Of a DNA stretch of 64,000 bases, positions 1 to 13,395 are shown piece after piece (positions within the stretch are counted from its first letter, which is position 1; each line of letters starts with the position of its first letter). The position numbers and the translations under genes were made by a program. Source of the DNA: Octopus vulgaris (lineage: Eukaryota). The notes beneath the pieces were generated by a model that searched no databases, was not told the origin of the DNA, and was given only the letters and a program-made list of their open reading frames with translations. The stretch spans positions 110,546,001-110,610,000 of the forward strand of contig OX597821.1 in NCBI GenBank assembly GCA_951406725.2, read 5' to 3'.

Positions 1-13
1 CGAAACAATTGTC
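1..13 (+). ncRNA. 3' half of a minimal hammerhead ribozyme (cut by window edge)
   Basis: C-GAAAC-AATT-GTC: GAAA core, palindromic stem III (ACAATTGT), GUC triplet; the 5' half lies outside the window. Confidence 0.4.
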
Positions 14-168
14 CCAAAATAATCTGTATTTTTGTTATTTTTTATTTGCCCTGTCCGTGTGAGCTAACAATCGTACTGACTTTCATGGTAAGCATGTATT
101 TTCATGGTTGAAACCTTTTGGATTAACTGGTGCTAGAGTGAGCAATATAGTGACCACTCTCTTATATT

Positions 169-200
<32 letters not shown>

Positions 201-201
<1 letters not shown>

Positions 202-361
202 CGACGAGCTTCTTTCAATTTCCATCTACCAAATCCACTCACAAGGCTTTGGTCGGTCAGAGGCTATAGTAGAAGACACTTGCCCAAGGTGCCATGCAGT
301 GGGACTGAACCCGGAACCATGTGGTTGGTAAGCAAGCTACTGACCACACAGCCACTCCTGT
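201..361 (-). mobile_element. tRNA-derived SINE family A, head half
   Basis: Reverse strand has A box TGGCTGTGTGGT, B box GGTTCAGTCCC and CORE-like CACCTTGGGCAAGTG; about 20 related pieces in the window. Confidence 0.85.
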
Positions 362-567
362 AGAAAATATATGGAAAAAAGAGTTTGTATGTTCCTTATT
401 CTTTGTTAGTTTCTGCTTAAAGTCGTTGGATTTGTGAAAGAAACCTTCATAGAAAATGGCACCCACTTTACAGAATTGGATCAGTTTACATACCATTGCT
501 TTCTGTCGCTATTTCACATCACTAGATTGTATACTTATTTCAGTTTCCATGGCGCATTTAGTGAAAA

Positions 568-589
568 TGTGCGCGCGCGTGTGTGCGTG

Positions 590-631
<42 letters not shown>

Positions 632-715
632 CGTGCGTGTGTGTGTTCGCGTGCGTGTTTGTGCGTCTACATACATACACACATATATGTGTCCGTATGT
701 CTTCGTGAATGTATA

Positions 716-801
<86 letters not shown>

Positions 802-841
802 GCTGTATATATGTGTACATGGACACGTGCTAATTGTATGC

Positions 842-896
<55 letters not shown>

Positions 897-990
897 TGTG
901 CGTGAGTATATATATATAGACACACATATTTATATATATTCATATACGTACACACACACACACACTCACACACATACATATACATATGTA
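568..990. repeat. Compound (TG)n/(TA)n/(CA)n microsatellite
   Basis: Direct reading; explains the overlapping CV/YI/HT ORFs. Confidence 0.95.
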
Positions 991-1771
991 CGTGTATTCA
1001 CTACCGAGAGTTTATTATATAAAATTACTCTACGTGCGTAAACAGAAATCTACAAATAATCGCCAAGAAACATTTTTTTTCTTTCATTATCAGACTCGTG
1101 TGAGAATTCGTATCAATAAGAATTGGACGTAGACTCTAATAAGAAGACAAATTAGTATTAGACTTTAGTTGTGGTGGTCATATATTTCTTTTTGTGCATG
1201 TCTTTGTATGTGTGAGCGTGTGAGGTTGTTTTGTTTTTGCAGGATTTATTTTTCCCCATTGAAGAATATTAACGATATGTGTGTGTGAAATACGGACTGG
1301 TAAAGAAAAAAAAATACATATACTGAAGCCAGAAGTCTTATACAAATGTCGAATGCAGTAATATTTAAATAAAAAAAAACAAAAGTGTCATTGATAACAT
1401 GTTATGGATAGTTACTAAGCAACTGATGGTACGTTTGAACGCAGTGAAAAATCATAGAAAATACAAAAGAAAAAATATGTCGGAAATGTAGATAGCCAAA
1501 TCTTTTCGCTATAATTTGAAGACGCTCGAAACAAGAATTAACTTAGGCGCTTCTTAGATAAATTTAAGCTGATTGTAATTTAGTTTGTGACAGATTTAAT
1601 TACACTGAAATACAGTTTTATACATAGACATGCTTGCTTACATACATACATACATACATACATGCATATATCCATAATTGTACTCCCACATACATGGTGA
1701 CATATGTGCACATATGTACGCCTTGTACAAATGCTCTCTCTTTCTCTCACTCTCTGTCTCTCCCTTTCTCA

Positions 1772-1837
<66 letters not shown>

Positions 1838-1844
1838 CGATAGA

Positions 1845-2040
1845 TCGTTAGCCACAAAACACATTTTTTTCTTTCCTTGTTTCTCTCCTTGTTTTTTTTC
1901 TGTGACCCTTTCTGTAGAAGAGCGTAGGCTCGAAACGTAAAAGACTTTCTCTATTCCTGACCGTTATACTAATACATCTGTTTGTTTTGTACACCACCTG
2001 TCTTCGTCTTTTGTTTTTTTTTTGGTAAACTCTCCCTATA
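1845..2040 (+). mobile_element. Short TA-flanked hammerhead-bearing element (PLE pLTR-like, family H1)
   Basis: Related copies at 22455-22620 (+), 25945-26125 (-), 42810-42925 (-), 56228-56420 (+), most next to (TA)n. Confidence 0.7.
1908..1943 (+). ncRNA. Minimal type I hammerhead, A6U core variant
   Basis: CTTT-CTGTAGA-A-GAGC-GTAG-GCTC-GAAAC-GTA-AAAG; stem I CTTT/AAAG, stem II GAGC/GCTC. Confidence 0.6.
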
Positions 2041-2395
2041 TATATATGTTTAAATTTTATTTGTTTGGGAATAAAAATTCCGGCATAACAGAGGTTCAAA
2101 TTATTCTCAATGAAGAAATATATATTTTAATTTAGAGATAGTAGGCCTATATATTACTAACATAGTTTTTGTAAATTGTTCGTATATATTTTTTTAGCAA
2201 TTTAATTTTTTATTTCTCACTTTATGTTTGTAATTTTTATTTTTGTAACTTTTTATTTGAATTTTTATCTGAATTATGGATTGTACTGTAGGGTCCAGCG
2301 AACATAATTTAAATGTACCTATTTTACACATACTTATGGGTTTAAAAAAATTAAAATATAGTTTATAGTATTGAACGATGATAAAGTGATATAAG

Positions 2396-2490
2396 GGCCT
2401 GATGATTGGGGTTACATTTTAAAAAGGGTTCCAGCAAAACACGGAGTGGTTTAGGAACCGGGAAATGTACCTCATGAAACACGTGTAGCC
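2396..2490 (+). ncRNA. Type I hammerhead with extended stem II
   Basis: GGC-CTGATGA-TTGGGGTTACATTT...AAATGTACCTCAT-GAAAC-ACGT-GTA-GCC; inner GGTTCC/GGAACC helix; palindromic stem III ACACGTGT. Confidence 0.7.
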
Positions 2491-2570
2491 AAGTTATAAA
2501 ACAGTAGGTATTTCAAATAAAAATTCTTTTTTACATGGTGAGATGAAGGAGCCTACTATCTCTAAATTAA

Positions 2571-2610
<40 letters not shown>

Positions 2611-2785
2611 GAGAATTTTAATAAAGATAAAGCTCCAGTATATAGTACAATTGTTTCTCCGCTCGTATATGAGCTGTCCGGTTTTATTTAGTCATTTATA
2701 TTTTATTCTTATTCATCCATTCGATACTCAACGACCAACTTAAATTTCACCATGTAGTGCCTTACTGGATTTAACCACGAGAATG

Positions 2786-2878
2786 AAACCCCGAGGAAGG
2801 AAATGTTATTATACAGGGAGTTGAATTTGGGTTATTTCCTACAGCTTCTTAAAACTTTTCTGAAACGGCTGTAGGTTT
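2786..2878 (+). ncRNA. Type I hammerhead, probably decayed (U4C)
   Basis: AAACC-CCGAGGA-AGGAAA...TTTTCT-GAAAC-GGCT-GTA-GGTTT; 5-bp stem I AAACC/GGTTT. Confidence 0.5.
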
Positions 2879-3059
2879 GGACTGATCTTTTGAATCACCT
2901 CCTTTAATCTATTCTAAATGTATTTTCTACTTTCACGGTACTCCTTATCTATTTTTATGCTTTTTTATTTTTTATTTTTTTTAATGTTTATATTCCTATA
3001 TTTATATATTCTTGTCCTCTATGTCTTAATATAAATATATGGTTATTTAAATGGAATAA

Positions 3060-3317
<258 letters not shown>

Positions 3318-3870
3318 GAACCAGTCAATTTGATAACGGCATATAACCAGTATTTAAGAAAAAAATTTACATGTGAGTAGCAAATGAGTTATTATTCCAT
3401 GCTTCTTACTGTAATTCTATTCCGATTTCCAACTCATTAACAATAATAATTGTCAAGTAACCAAATACCTTATAAACAGATTACATCACCAAACCATCGG
3501 AGTTTTCATAACAAAGGCAGAGTTTTAAATTTCATAATAACCACATACGATAGTATGTGTGCATACTCACAAACACGCACATATATATGTGTATGCGTAG
3601 ATTTATGTATGTCTTATATATGTATATATGCGAATACTGACACACATGTATACACACATACACACACACACATATATACACACGCAAAAATGCATGTACC
3701 TATTCAATTATATATACACATATGTATACACACACAAAGACATGCATACAAGTGCATACGTATGTGCACGCGTGTGTGTGCATGCGTGCGTGCGTGCGTG
3801 CGTGTGTGCGTGTGTGCGTGTGTGCGTTTCTCTGTGCGTGTGTGTGTGTGTATGTGCGTGTGTGTGTGTG

Positions 3871-3913
<43 letters not shown>

Positions 3914-4227
3914 TCAAAACAACTTCAAGAATTGTTTCTGATTTTTTGGAAATACATTTTAAAATCTCGCTTATAACGCTTTTGAAAATCGATCGCGATT
4001 GACCGGAGGCTAAGAACACCAACATCGACCATAACAAGCATAGCAACAACAACAAAGGAGTCTGTTCGTGTTCGATCGAGTTGTTAAATATTTCGTTGTA
4101 ACAATTTGTTTTGTTTGTTTTAATGCAATCTTTGAAAAATAAAATCCAAAACATTGATAGACGAGATAATGGGGCTCTCGCTTCCCTGAAGATAGAAAAT
4201 TAAAAAAATCGTGTTGGTCAAGATTTA

Positions 4228-4378
4228 GACAACAACAACAACAACAGCAACGAGGATGGTTGTAGAGATGACATAACAACTACAATAACAGCAATGACAA
4301 TAAACAACAACGGCAATAACAACTGCAACAACAGCAGCAGCAACAACAACAACAATAATAATGATGATGATGATGATC

Positions 4379-4426
<48 letters not shown>

Positions 4427-4649
4427 TCAATAATAACAATAATAATAATAATAATAATAATAATTTTAATAACAATAATAATAACAATAATAATAATAAT
4501 TACCGTAGCAGGAACATCAACAACAACAGAATCAATAATAATAAGAATGATAAGAAGAAGAAGAAAAAGAAGAATATTTACCGTAGCAACATCATCAACA
4601 ACAGCATCAATAATAATAATGATAATAATAGTAGTAGTAATAATAATGA

Positions 4650-4690
<41 letters not shown>

Positions 4691-4763
4691 ATGATGATGA
4701 TGATGATAAAATAATAATAATAATAATAACAATAATAATAACAATAATAATAATAATAATAAC

Positions 4764-4805
<42 letters not shown>

Positions 4806-4826
4806 TATTATAATAATAATAATAAC

Positions 4827-4875
<49 letters not shown>
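4228..4875. repeat. Compound trinucleotide repeats (AAC/AAT/GAT/AGT)
   Basis: Direct reading; source of the poly-N/I/S ORFs. Confidence 0.95.
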
Positions 4876-4876
<1 letters not shown>

Positions 4877-5374
4877 CAAACTTAAAGGAAATGACAAGTA
4901 TAAGATTGGCTAAATGAACGATAGTCACTATTTCTTTTTAAATTTTTGTTTATCTAATATCCAAGGTGATGACGTAAATGGTAATTTAAATGTTGCCTAT
5001 GGCAACCACTTCTGGTGAAGCGCAATTGAAATTTTAGTATTACCCAACCCCCTCTCTCCCCCCACCCGCTACAAACACACACTCCTCCTCCAATTAACAT
5101 CTGCTCCATTCACTAAAGGATTTTTTTTATGTGTCCGTATGGTCTGCTAGAAATAACAGCAAATATAGCCCACCCCACTAAGTAATATATACAGTGAAGG
5201 GGGAACAGTTTTGAGCTATAAAGTTTCGGCTACATAGTATCCGCAAAAACAAGAAAAGAAAATAAATAAAATAAATAGGGTGTTCACAGGATGGAACAAT
5301 TCTGAAACAAGTCTCTCTATCTCTCTCGTCTTTTGTCCTCTCTTTATATATGTGTGTCTATCATTATTATTATT

Positions 5375-5818
5375 GAGCGAGAGAATAGTGCATGCTACCA
5401 AAACTGACACTGGGGTACAAATATACGAAGCCCAGTATACTCATCATGACTACTCGTCAGATAAGGGTACACCAGGCACATGCATCACAACCATATGTGC
5501 GCGACATGGTGATCTCATATCAAGATTAAACAGCTCATTACCTTGCAGGTGGGGCCCAGTTAGAATTTTCTTCAGGTCGAGTATCCCATCCTGATCTAAA
5601 GGTCCCAGAATACGGGTTGTTAAGAATGTTAAACGAAACACCCATATTCCCAGGGGTGAATGATTCAAATCCCTAAGAATTCCTCTCAACACTACTTCTG
5701 CTCATGACTAGAGGTGCACATACCGTCAGTTAACAAGGGACATGCTCAACTGGTCAAACAAGTGACAAGCAAATCTGTGGTATTGAGCAGAATATTTGCT
5801 TTAGCCCATCTTTTTATA
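5375..5818 (-). mobile_element. Non-coding retroposon (family T) with (AAT)n tail, embedded in TAA repeats
   Basis: Homologous to 6023-6240, 8054-8160, 39655-40115 and 43640-43906; the minus strand runs into (AAT)n. Confidence 0.75.
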
Positions 5819-5853
5819 TTATTACTATAATAATAATAATAATAATAATAATA

Positions 5854-5904
<51 letters not shown>

Positions 5905-5932
5905 GTTGTTGTTGTTTTTGTTGTTGTTGTTT

Positions 5933-6022
<90 letters not shown>

Positions 6023-6025
<3 letters not shown>

Positions 6026-6240
6026 AGAGTAGTGCATGCCACCAAACTGACATTCAGGTACAAATATAAGCCCAATATACCCGTCCTGATTACCCGTCTG
6101 ATAAGGATACACCAGACATATATTTCAACCACATGTGCGGGACATTGTGATATATCTTGATAAACAGCACTTGACCTTGCAGGTGGGTCTCAGAATTTTC
6201 TTCAGCTCGAGCAACCCATCTCATTCAAAAGGTCCTTGAT
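6023..6240 (-). mobile_element. Family T retroposon, 5'-truncated copy
   Basis: Shares GTGCATGCCA...CCCGTCTGATAAGG...ACCTTGCAGGTGGG with 5375-5818; trinucleotide repeats on both sides. Confidence 0.7.
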
Positions 6241-6473
6241 ATTATTATTATTATTTGCAAAGAACTTGCAGACACAAGTTTTACAAGTTGAAAGCTCCGC
6301 ATACCGGACACTCGCAGGCTGATGTGAGGTCTTCAGAAGAGAATGCGCATCATTTCGGGTCCTTCCTCTCTACAATACTATCGCACACGTCCCACCCCAT
6401 TCACTCAATAATATGAAGCACCACTACTTTGATCAAATGCCTACTAAGTAGCATTCAATATTTTTTAACCCAA

Positions 6474-6630
6474 AGGCGGCGAGCTGGCAGAAACGTTAGC
6501 ATACCGGGCGAAATGCTTAGCGCTATTTCGTCTGTCTTTATGTTCTGAATTCAAATTACGCCTTTCATCCTTTCGAGATCAATAAATTAAGTACCAGTTG
6601 CGTACTGGGGTCGATCTAATCAACTTACCC
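6474..6630 (+). mobile_element. tRNA-derived SINE family B (MetaSINE-like central domain)
   Basis: GGCGGCGAGCTGGCAGAAACGTTAGC head, GTTCTGAATTCAAATT B-box region, GCCTTTCATCCTTTCG...AAGTACCAG domain. Confidence 0.8.
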
Positions 6631-6671
6631 TACGGAATCCTGTACATCCATATATACACACACGCACATTA

Positions 6672-6727
<56 letters not shown>

Positions 6728-7245
6728 GCCTTTACACAGCTTCTAACGCTGGAGATGTACTATAGTGTCAGCTGTTCACTACCAGTGAACAAAGGTAACC
6801 CCTCTTATTTTTCGAGCACCTTCCAGAGTATTTGAGCGGTTCCAAGCAGTGCTATTTTCTGCAAATGCCCCCAGCCTTATTACAGCCCCTACTTGATCCA
6901 AGTACTTCTCGAGATTTTTGCTCACTGTTCCTAGGGCTCCGACAATTATTGGTACTACTGCTACCTTTTTCATCGGCCATAACTGCTTAACTTCCCAAGC
7001 TAACCTGTCATAATTCACGACTTTTGTTTCTTCCTTATCGCATACCTTGTTGTCAGCTAGGCATGCTATATCTATGATCCACTTTAGTTTGTTTTCTTTC
7101 TCAATTAAAACTATGTCCGGCTTCCTATTCTCAATCTCATAAAATCTGAATCATAAAATCCCATAGGTTCTTTGCATTTCTATTTTAGACGATGCCTTCA
7201 GGTTTGTGATCGTTCCAATATTTTGCTCTGTCAAGTCCATACTTG
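6728..7245 (-). mobile_element. 3' end of R4/Dong-like non-LTR retrotransposon (restriction-like endonuclease), decayed
   Basis: Frameshifted KYGLDRAKYWNDHKPEGIV...IIDIAC...NYDRLAWEVKQLWPMKKVAVVPIIVGALG; (TAA)n on both flanks. Confidence 0.8.
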
Positions 7246-7264
7246 ATTGTTATTATTATTATTA

Positions 7265-7320
<56 letters not shown>

Positions 7321-7597
7321 ATTATTATTATTATTATTATTATTATTCGAAAAAAGGCACCTGCCCCGAAAGTCAGGGTACCCATAGTTTTTAGAGTGGG
7401 TCTTTCTATGAGCAGCCCTCGATACACTTTGTTGATCTTCCTTTTTTTAAAAAATAATTTTATTAGTCTTGTTTACACGCAAAACCTTCACAGCTACACT
7501 CATTCACACACATATACACACACATATTTGTTGTTGTTCTGTGCTGTCCATGATGTTTTTCTTGATGTAAAGCCTTGTGGTTGATAAAGAAATCATG

Positions 7598-7634
<37 letters not shown>

Positions 7635-7925
7635 TATGTTTGACTTTTGCTTTATGTCTGTACAAGTAGGCTCCAAGTCTCACCCAGAGACCTCAAGAGA
7701 CAACAGGTAGGAAGTTCACGTTGTTGTTATGCCTAGTGTGCCATATATTTGGGGGTTTTTTGTGTTGTACTAATGAATGTCTAATACATAAATTTAAAAA
7801 AAGGTTTGTTTTAAACCTTGGGATTACATAGAGAGTATTTTGCGTAGGATATGAGCAGTTCCCATGAGCACTATCTTTTGAATTTCTGCCATTTTGGGGT
7901 TTCCTGGTATCTGAGTTAGGTAGCA
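7635..7925 (-). mobile_element. 3' end of a second R4/Dong-like LINE family
   Basis: YLTQIPGNPKMAEIQKIVLMGTAHILRKILSM* followed by a 3' UTR and (TAA)n. Confidence 0.7.
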
Positions 7926-7940
7926 ATCAGCCCTATTATT

Positions 7941-8047
<107 letters not shown>

Positions 8048-8239
8048 TATTATTGAGAGAGAGAGAGAGCAATGTATGCCATCAAACTGACAGTGAGGTA
8101 CAAATATACGTAGACCAAAATACCCATCACCACTACCCGTCTGGTAAGGGTACACCAGGCAAAGTCGACTCTAACATCGGGACCAACTTCGTGAAAGCAC
8201 GGAGGCACACTGCTCCTCTAAGCGTAAACCCCTTTTCAG

Positions 8240-8389
8240 GTTCTGTCGTTTGCCAAATCCCTTCACAAGACTTTGGTCGTCCTGAGACTATAAGAGAAAG
8301 CACTTGCCGAAGATCTCTTGCAGCGGGACTGAACCCGGAACCAAGTAACAGAGAATTAAGCTTCTTACCACACAGTCACGCCTGCGCCT
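8240..8389 (-). mobile_element. SINE family A, diverged head half
   Basis: Matches 201-361 (GGGACTGAACCCGGAACC...CTTACCACACAG). Confidence 0.7.
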
Positions 8390-8530
8390 AAATATGAACA
8401 AAGATATAGGATAATGAATAGAAGGGTTTTATACATATAACAGCCCCAAACAAAGGGTGACGATGATTGAATAGCTTTGATCATAGATTCGCTTTTCTCA
8501 ACGCTGACTTGGGGCAACAACAGCAACAGT

Positions 8531-8700
8531 GGAGGCGCAATGGCCCAGCGATTAGGACAGCGAACGCCGTTTCGATTTCCAGACCGGGCATTGTGAGTGT
8601 TTATTGAGCAAAATCACCTAAGCCCCACGAGGCTCCGGCGGCGCGAGTGTGAACCCCGCTGTACTTTTTCACCACAACTTTCTCTCACTCTTTCTTCTTA
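8531..8700 (+). mobile_element. tRNA-derived SINE family C
   Basis: GGAGGCGCAATGGCCCAG...GTTTCGATTTCCAGACCGGGC; homologous to 40357-40638. Confidence 0.75.
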
Positions 8701-9401
8701 CTTCTGTCACAAATCAGAGGAACCATGGTGTAACCTACTATGGTGTGGTAAACTTTCAGACCCTAGTTTACATTGCGAATCCTCTGTACCCCAGGATGGT
8801 TCAGCTCTCCACCCGTTAAAAGCCACCGTTTACGGAATGAGGATAACGACGTAGCTTTCGCGCCCGTGCAACCTCCAGTCTATCGCGTGTGGTGGGTGGA
8901 TCTTCAAGTTGCCGCACGCACTCTTAGTGGCTTAGAGTAGGCTCGAATTAGAGATTATTCTTTGTGGCTAATGGCGTGAGTTCTGATTGGAAGAAGAAGA
9001 AGACAACAGCATCAGGAACAACAACGTTATTTCTCGCTGCCACTAACACCGTAGTCGTCACCACAACCACCACCATCAAACTGGGCAAGAAAAAAAAGCA
9101 AATACCAGAAAGGATAAAAGACCCAACTGAAAAGGAGACGTTAAACGCTATGAATGGAGATAGCGTGGCATCGATTGTTGCTAGGCAACTTTCAAGGCTC
9201 CTCATTTGAATGCAAACACTTCAAATGTATATACTAAGGCCACAGATTCGCATGGCATGCATACAAATACATAGCTTCATGTATGTGTGTGTGTGTGTGT
9301 TTGTGTGTGTTTGCATGTATATATATGTATGTATATATGTATATAGGTATATGAGGATATATATATATATATATATATCCGTATATTCATAAATACATAA
9401 G

Positions 9402-9455
<54 letters not shown>

Positions 9456-9744
9456 TATATATATATGCATATATTCAGACATACATAAACCCATATACAT
9501 GTGCGTATACATACACACACACGTATCCTACATCAAATGTATATACAAAGATAAAAGATTCGCATGCATACAAGTTATATAATACACACATAGCACAAAT
9601 ACTTGCAGAGCTCCACATATAAATAATATGTATATATGTTTATACACACAAACATGTATATATATATATATGTATATATATATACATATATACATATATA
9701 TATACATACATACATACACACACACACATATATATATACATACA

Positions 9745-9870
9745 TACGAGGGGTGCTGAAAAGTTCCTGACTTTAAGTGCATCGGGAAAAAACTGCTTGG
9801 AGGCCCAACCTTTCGAGTTCTTTTACCGGGCTTAGAGACTAAAGAACGACTGCAATAAGTGTGTGAATCT
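9745..9870. mobile_element. Mariner-like terminal fragment
   Basis: TA-CGAGGGGTGCTGAAAAGTTCCTG TIR-like end; related end at 37793. Confidence 0.55.
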
Positions 9871-9986
9871 AATATATATATATAGAGAGAGAGAGAGTGA
9901 GAGATAGAGAGAGGGGAGGGAGAGAGAGAGTGAGAGAGAGACCTATATATGTCTGTATTTATGCATGCATATATGCGTTTGCATCC

Positions 9987-10049
<63 letters not shown>

Positions 10050-10336
10050 ATATTTAGCAAAAGCAACACGGCCACTCAAGGGCCGAGATTTTCATGCGTT
10101 GGCACTTATCACACTATTTGCAGATCGAAAAATCTGTGGATTTATCTAACTGGGGAAAAATTATATTTCCTTGGATTGTTCTAGAATGAAATTATAAAAA
10201 CGATTTTTATGTCACGTGCATACTTCATATTTTTTCCGATAGTTTACCTGTTATGTCATTCAGTAAGTAAAATACGCAAATAAACAGAGATAAATAAACT
10301 TTGTGCTCATTCACACACATACACACATACAACAAC

Positions 10337-10411
<75 letters not shown>

Positions 10412-10982
10412 CAACAACAACAACAACAACACACACACACACACACACAAATTCGCACAAATATATATGGGAGAATATATATAAATTAGAAATATAAGCA
10501 TGTTGATGTACATGCATATACACGCTCGTACATAGATATACAGTCACAGGCTTGCTTTGCCCAAGGGCTGAAACCTACGGTCACTAACAATACGCTGTAT
10601 TAAAACAGAGCGAAAAAGAGTTCATTTAATGAGATACCTTTTATTACATCACCTGAGATACCTTTTATTACATTACTGAGAGATGCGCCACAGCTAGATG
10701 CATAGTTCAGCACTCGCGTGGCATCGATGAAGTCTCATCTCATCTAGGTCGTCCTATAGGACGCCCTAACAGGAGTTCCGGTTGCGCATACTATAGGAGT
10801 CACAGGGGACTGCTCCTTGTGGTCCCGCAGTTTCCATCTAACTAGGATTATTAGGGGCCTCATCCATTGTCTTGTATTCAAGATCCTCTGCATGACGTCC
10901 TGCTTGTTCAAAGCCGAGAATCTGATCTGTTAAGTCCTGCCGATAACTAAATCCACGCCCTGCTGCCAACGATTTCATTTAT

Positions 10983-11176
10983 TGTCAAGCAATGGTTGGG
11001 GGCAAACACAGACACGCACATAAATATATACATATACTTGTATATACAACGGGCATCTTTGATTTTACCACATCCACTGATAAGGCTTTTTTGTTGGCCC
11101 GAAGGTATAGGTGCCACGCGGTGGGATTGAACCTGGAACCATATGGTTGGGATGCAAGCTTCTTACCACGCAGTCT
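10983..11176 (-). mobile_element. SINE family A, diverged
   Basis: Head half plus start of the second body, separated by a short microsatellite. Confidence 0.7.
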
Positions 11177-11185
11177 TATCTGCAC

Positions 11186-11263
<78 letters not shown>

Positions 11264-11837
11264 GTGTATATCTGCGTGTGTGTGTGTGTGTTTGTGTGTG
11301 TGCGTGCGTGTATGTGTATGTGTCTGTCTGTCTGTAAGCGTTCGTATGTTCATGTACATTAAATATCTATACAACTCTTTATATACCATAGCCAGTGCTT
11401 ACAGATTAACCACTTTCTCAGTCGAAGATGTCTTTGGAAGCGACCATTTACTATAAGACACAGAACTTGACCAGTCTCCAACTTGTTATCTCATACAATT
11501 TTAACCTCGTATATGCATTTGTTTGCATGCCTCTGTTAAACACTACTATCGAACTAATCATAAAATTTCGAGACCAAATATGTGATGTAAGCCACCTACG
11601 TTTCCATAACGGTGATTTTATTTGCCCCACTCTCCCCTTTCGCCCCCACTCCCCAGCCTATGTATGTTCCCATTCTTTTTCTTTCTTCCCCTTCCATTTT
11701 CCTTCTCTCCCCTTCTCTACTGTTTATTCTTCAAACCTGTTTTGCTCCTTCAATTACACTATCCGCAGCGATATTTCTTTACAATATTAAATCAAATCTA
11801 TTTTGCAACCACCATACTCCACTCACATGATGAACAA

Positions 11838-11895
<58 letters not shown>

Positions 11896-12086
11896 TTATT
11901 TATTTATATTGATAAACTAGAACAAGTTAACCGAATCACCGACATTACCGACAAATTGCGTTTGTTAAGACAAAATAAATGTAATACTCTACGTTAGGCA
12001 TGTAGGAAAAGACTGCAATTAATGTTTTACTGACTTTATAAGCATATACAAAACAAACGCAGATAGGCAGAAATAGATAGACAGAC

Positions 12087-12167
<81 letters not shown>

Positions 12168-12489
12168 TAGCTATCGATTTATTCTACAGATAAGTTATTA
12201 AAATACACGTGAACGCTCTATAGAGGGTAGCTTATTTCTTTTACGTTATGTTCGCCAAAGAAATTACATCGTACGATTTCCCACGCATCTTACAGACACG
12301 TTCCTAAACAAATATACACTATTAACACCCACGCACATACACAGGCATACAGATGGAGAAATACAGAGAAAGTATATACATTTAAATTAATAGAGTTATT
12401 TAAATTATATATATATATAATGCATATATATATATGTAAGTGAAAAAATATATATATATACACATATATATATATTTATCTTCTTTTAT

Positions 12490-12534
<45 letters not shown>

Positions 12535-12535
12535 C

Positions 12536-12781
12536 ATCTCAAGTACTGGTAAGATAGAATGGTAAGCTACTTACAGAGAAGTACTCAACTCGAGTTCTGG
12601 GCTATCAATACTGTCGGATTCCTGACCAATACCAAAATTCTTCAAGTTTAAAAAAATCACTGCTGTGTGGGTGTGGGGAAGATTAAATTATAATCCAAAT
12701 AAGAAGACAAAGAAATTCGTTAACACGATGAATTTCTTAGTCATCTTATCATTTGGATTATGTCAACAGTAAGTTTTTACA

Positions 12782-12785
<4 letters not shown>
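12536..12785. mobile_element. TA-flanked pLTR-like fragment with terminal fold-back
   Basis: Homologous to 19430-19590 (CACTGYTGTGTGGGTGTG...AAATTATAATCC); inverted repeat 12690-12762. Confidence 0.5.
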
Positions 12786-12824
<39 letters not shown>

Positions 12825-12828
<4 letters not shown>

Positions 12829-12992
12829 GAAATGAAGAAAATGCTGACAAAATAATTCAAGTAAAGGAGAGTGTATTTAATTAGGTGAAAGTTCTTTTAT
12901 ATAAAAGAACTTTTATATAAAAGAACTTTCACCTAATTAAATACACTCTCCCATACTTAAATTATTTTGTCAGTATTTTCTTCATTTCCTTT
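12825..12992. repeat. Fold-back inverted repeat in (TA)n
   Basis: About 75-bp arms; centre carries a tandem duplication of TTTTATATAAAAGAAC. Confidence 0.85.
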
Positions 12993-13030
12993 TTTTATAT
13001 ATCACAACTCGTGTCCCACATCTCCTTTTT

Positions 13031-13087
<57 letters not shown>

Positions 13088-13225
13088 TTCATTTAAAGCA
13101 GCAGAAAATTCAACAAAACCTGTTACTCTGAGTTTCCCGTTTCCTTTCGTCGGACAGTTTTTGCTAGCAAAAACGGGAAACTCAGAGTAACAGGTTTTGT
13201 TGAATTTTCTGCTGCTTTAAATAAA
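13088..13225. repeat. Fold-back inverted repeat of a hammerhead-bearing pLTR-like sequence
   Basis: Arms TTTAAAGCAGCAGAAAATTCAACAAAACCTGTTACTCTGAGTTTCCCGTTT and its complement; same family at 61228-61295. Confidence 0.85.
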
Positions 13226-13353
13226 GCATATTACTCTACCACTGGTATTTGAGTACTCTTTTTTACACCTTGTTTCACATTTATGTGTTTACTCCGGTAT
13301 ATATATATATATATATACATACATACATATATATATATATATGTATAGATACA

Positions 13354-13385
<32 letters not shown>

Positions 13386-13395
13386 CATATACATA

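Noticed and set aside
434-1041. Long overlapping ORFs ([12 protein letters not shown]), here and throughout the window
   Set aside because: Translations of stop-free dinucleotide repeats; no coding signal
4294-4917. 207-aa poly-N/S/I ORF
   Set aside because: Trinucleotide microsatellite array, not a plausible protein
10630-10740. Hammerhead-like CTGAGA-GATGC...GCATC-GA next to a 20-bp direct repeat
   Set aside because: Core lacks N7 and GAAA; no stems I or III
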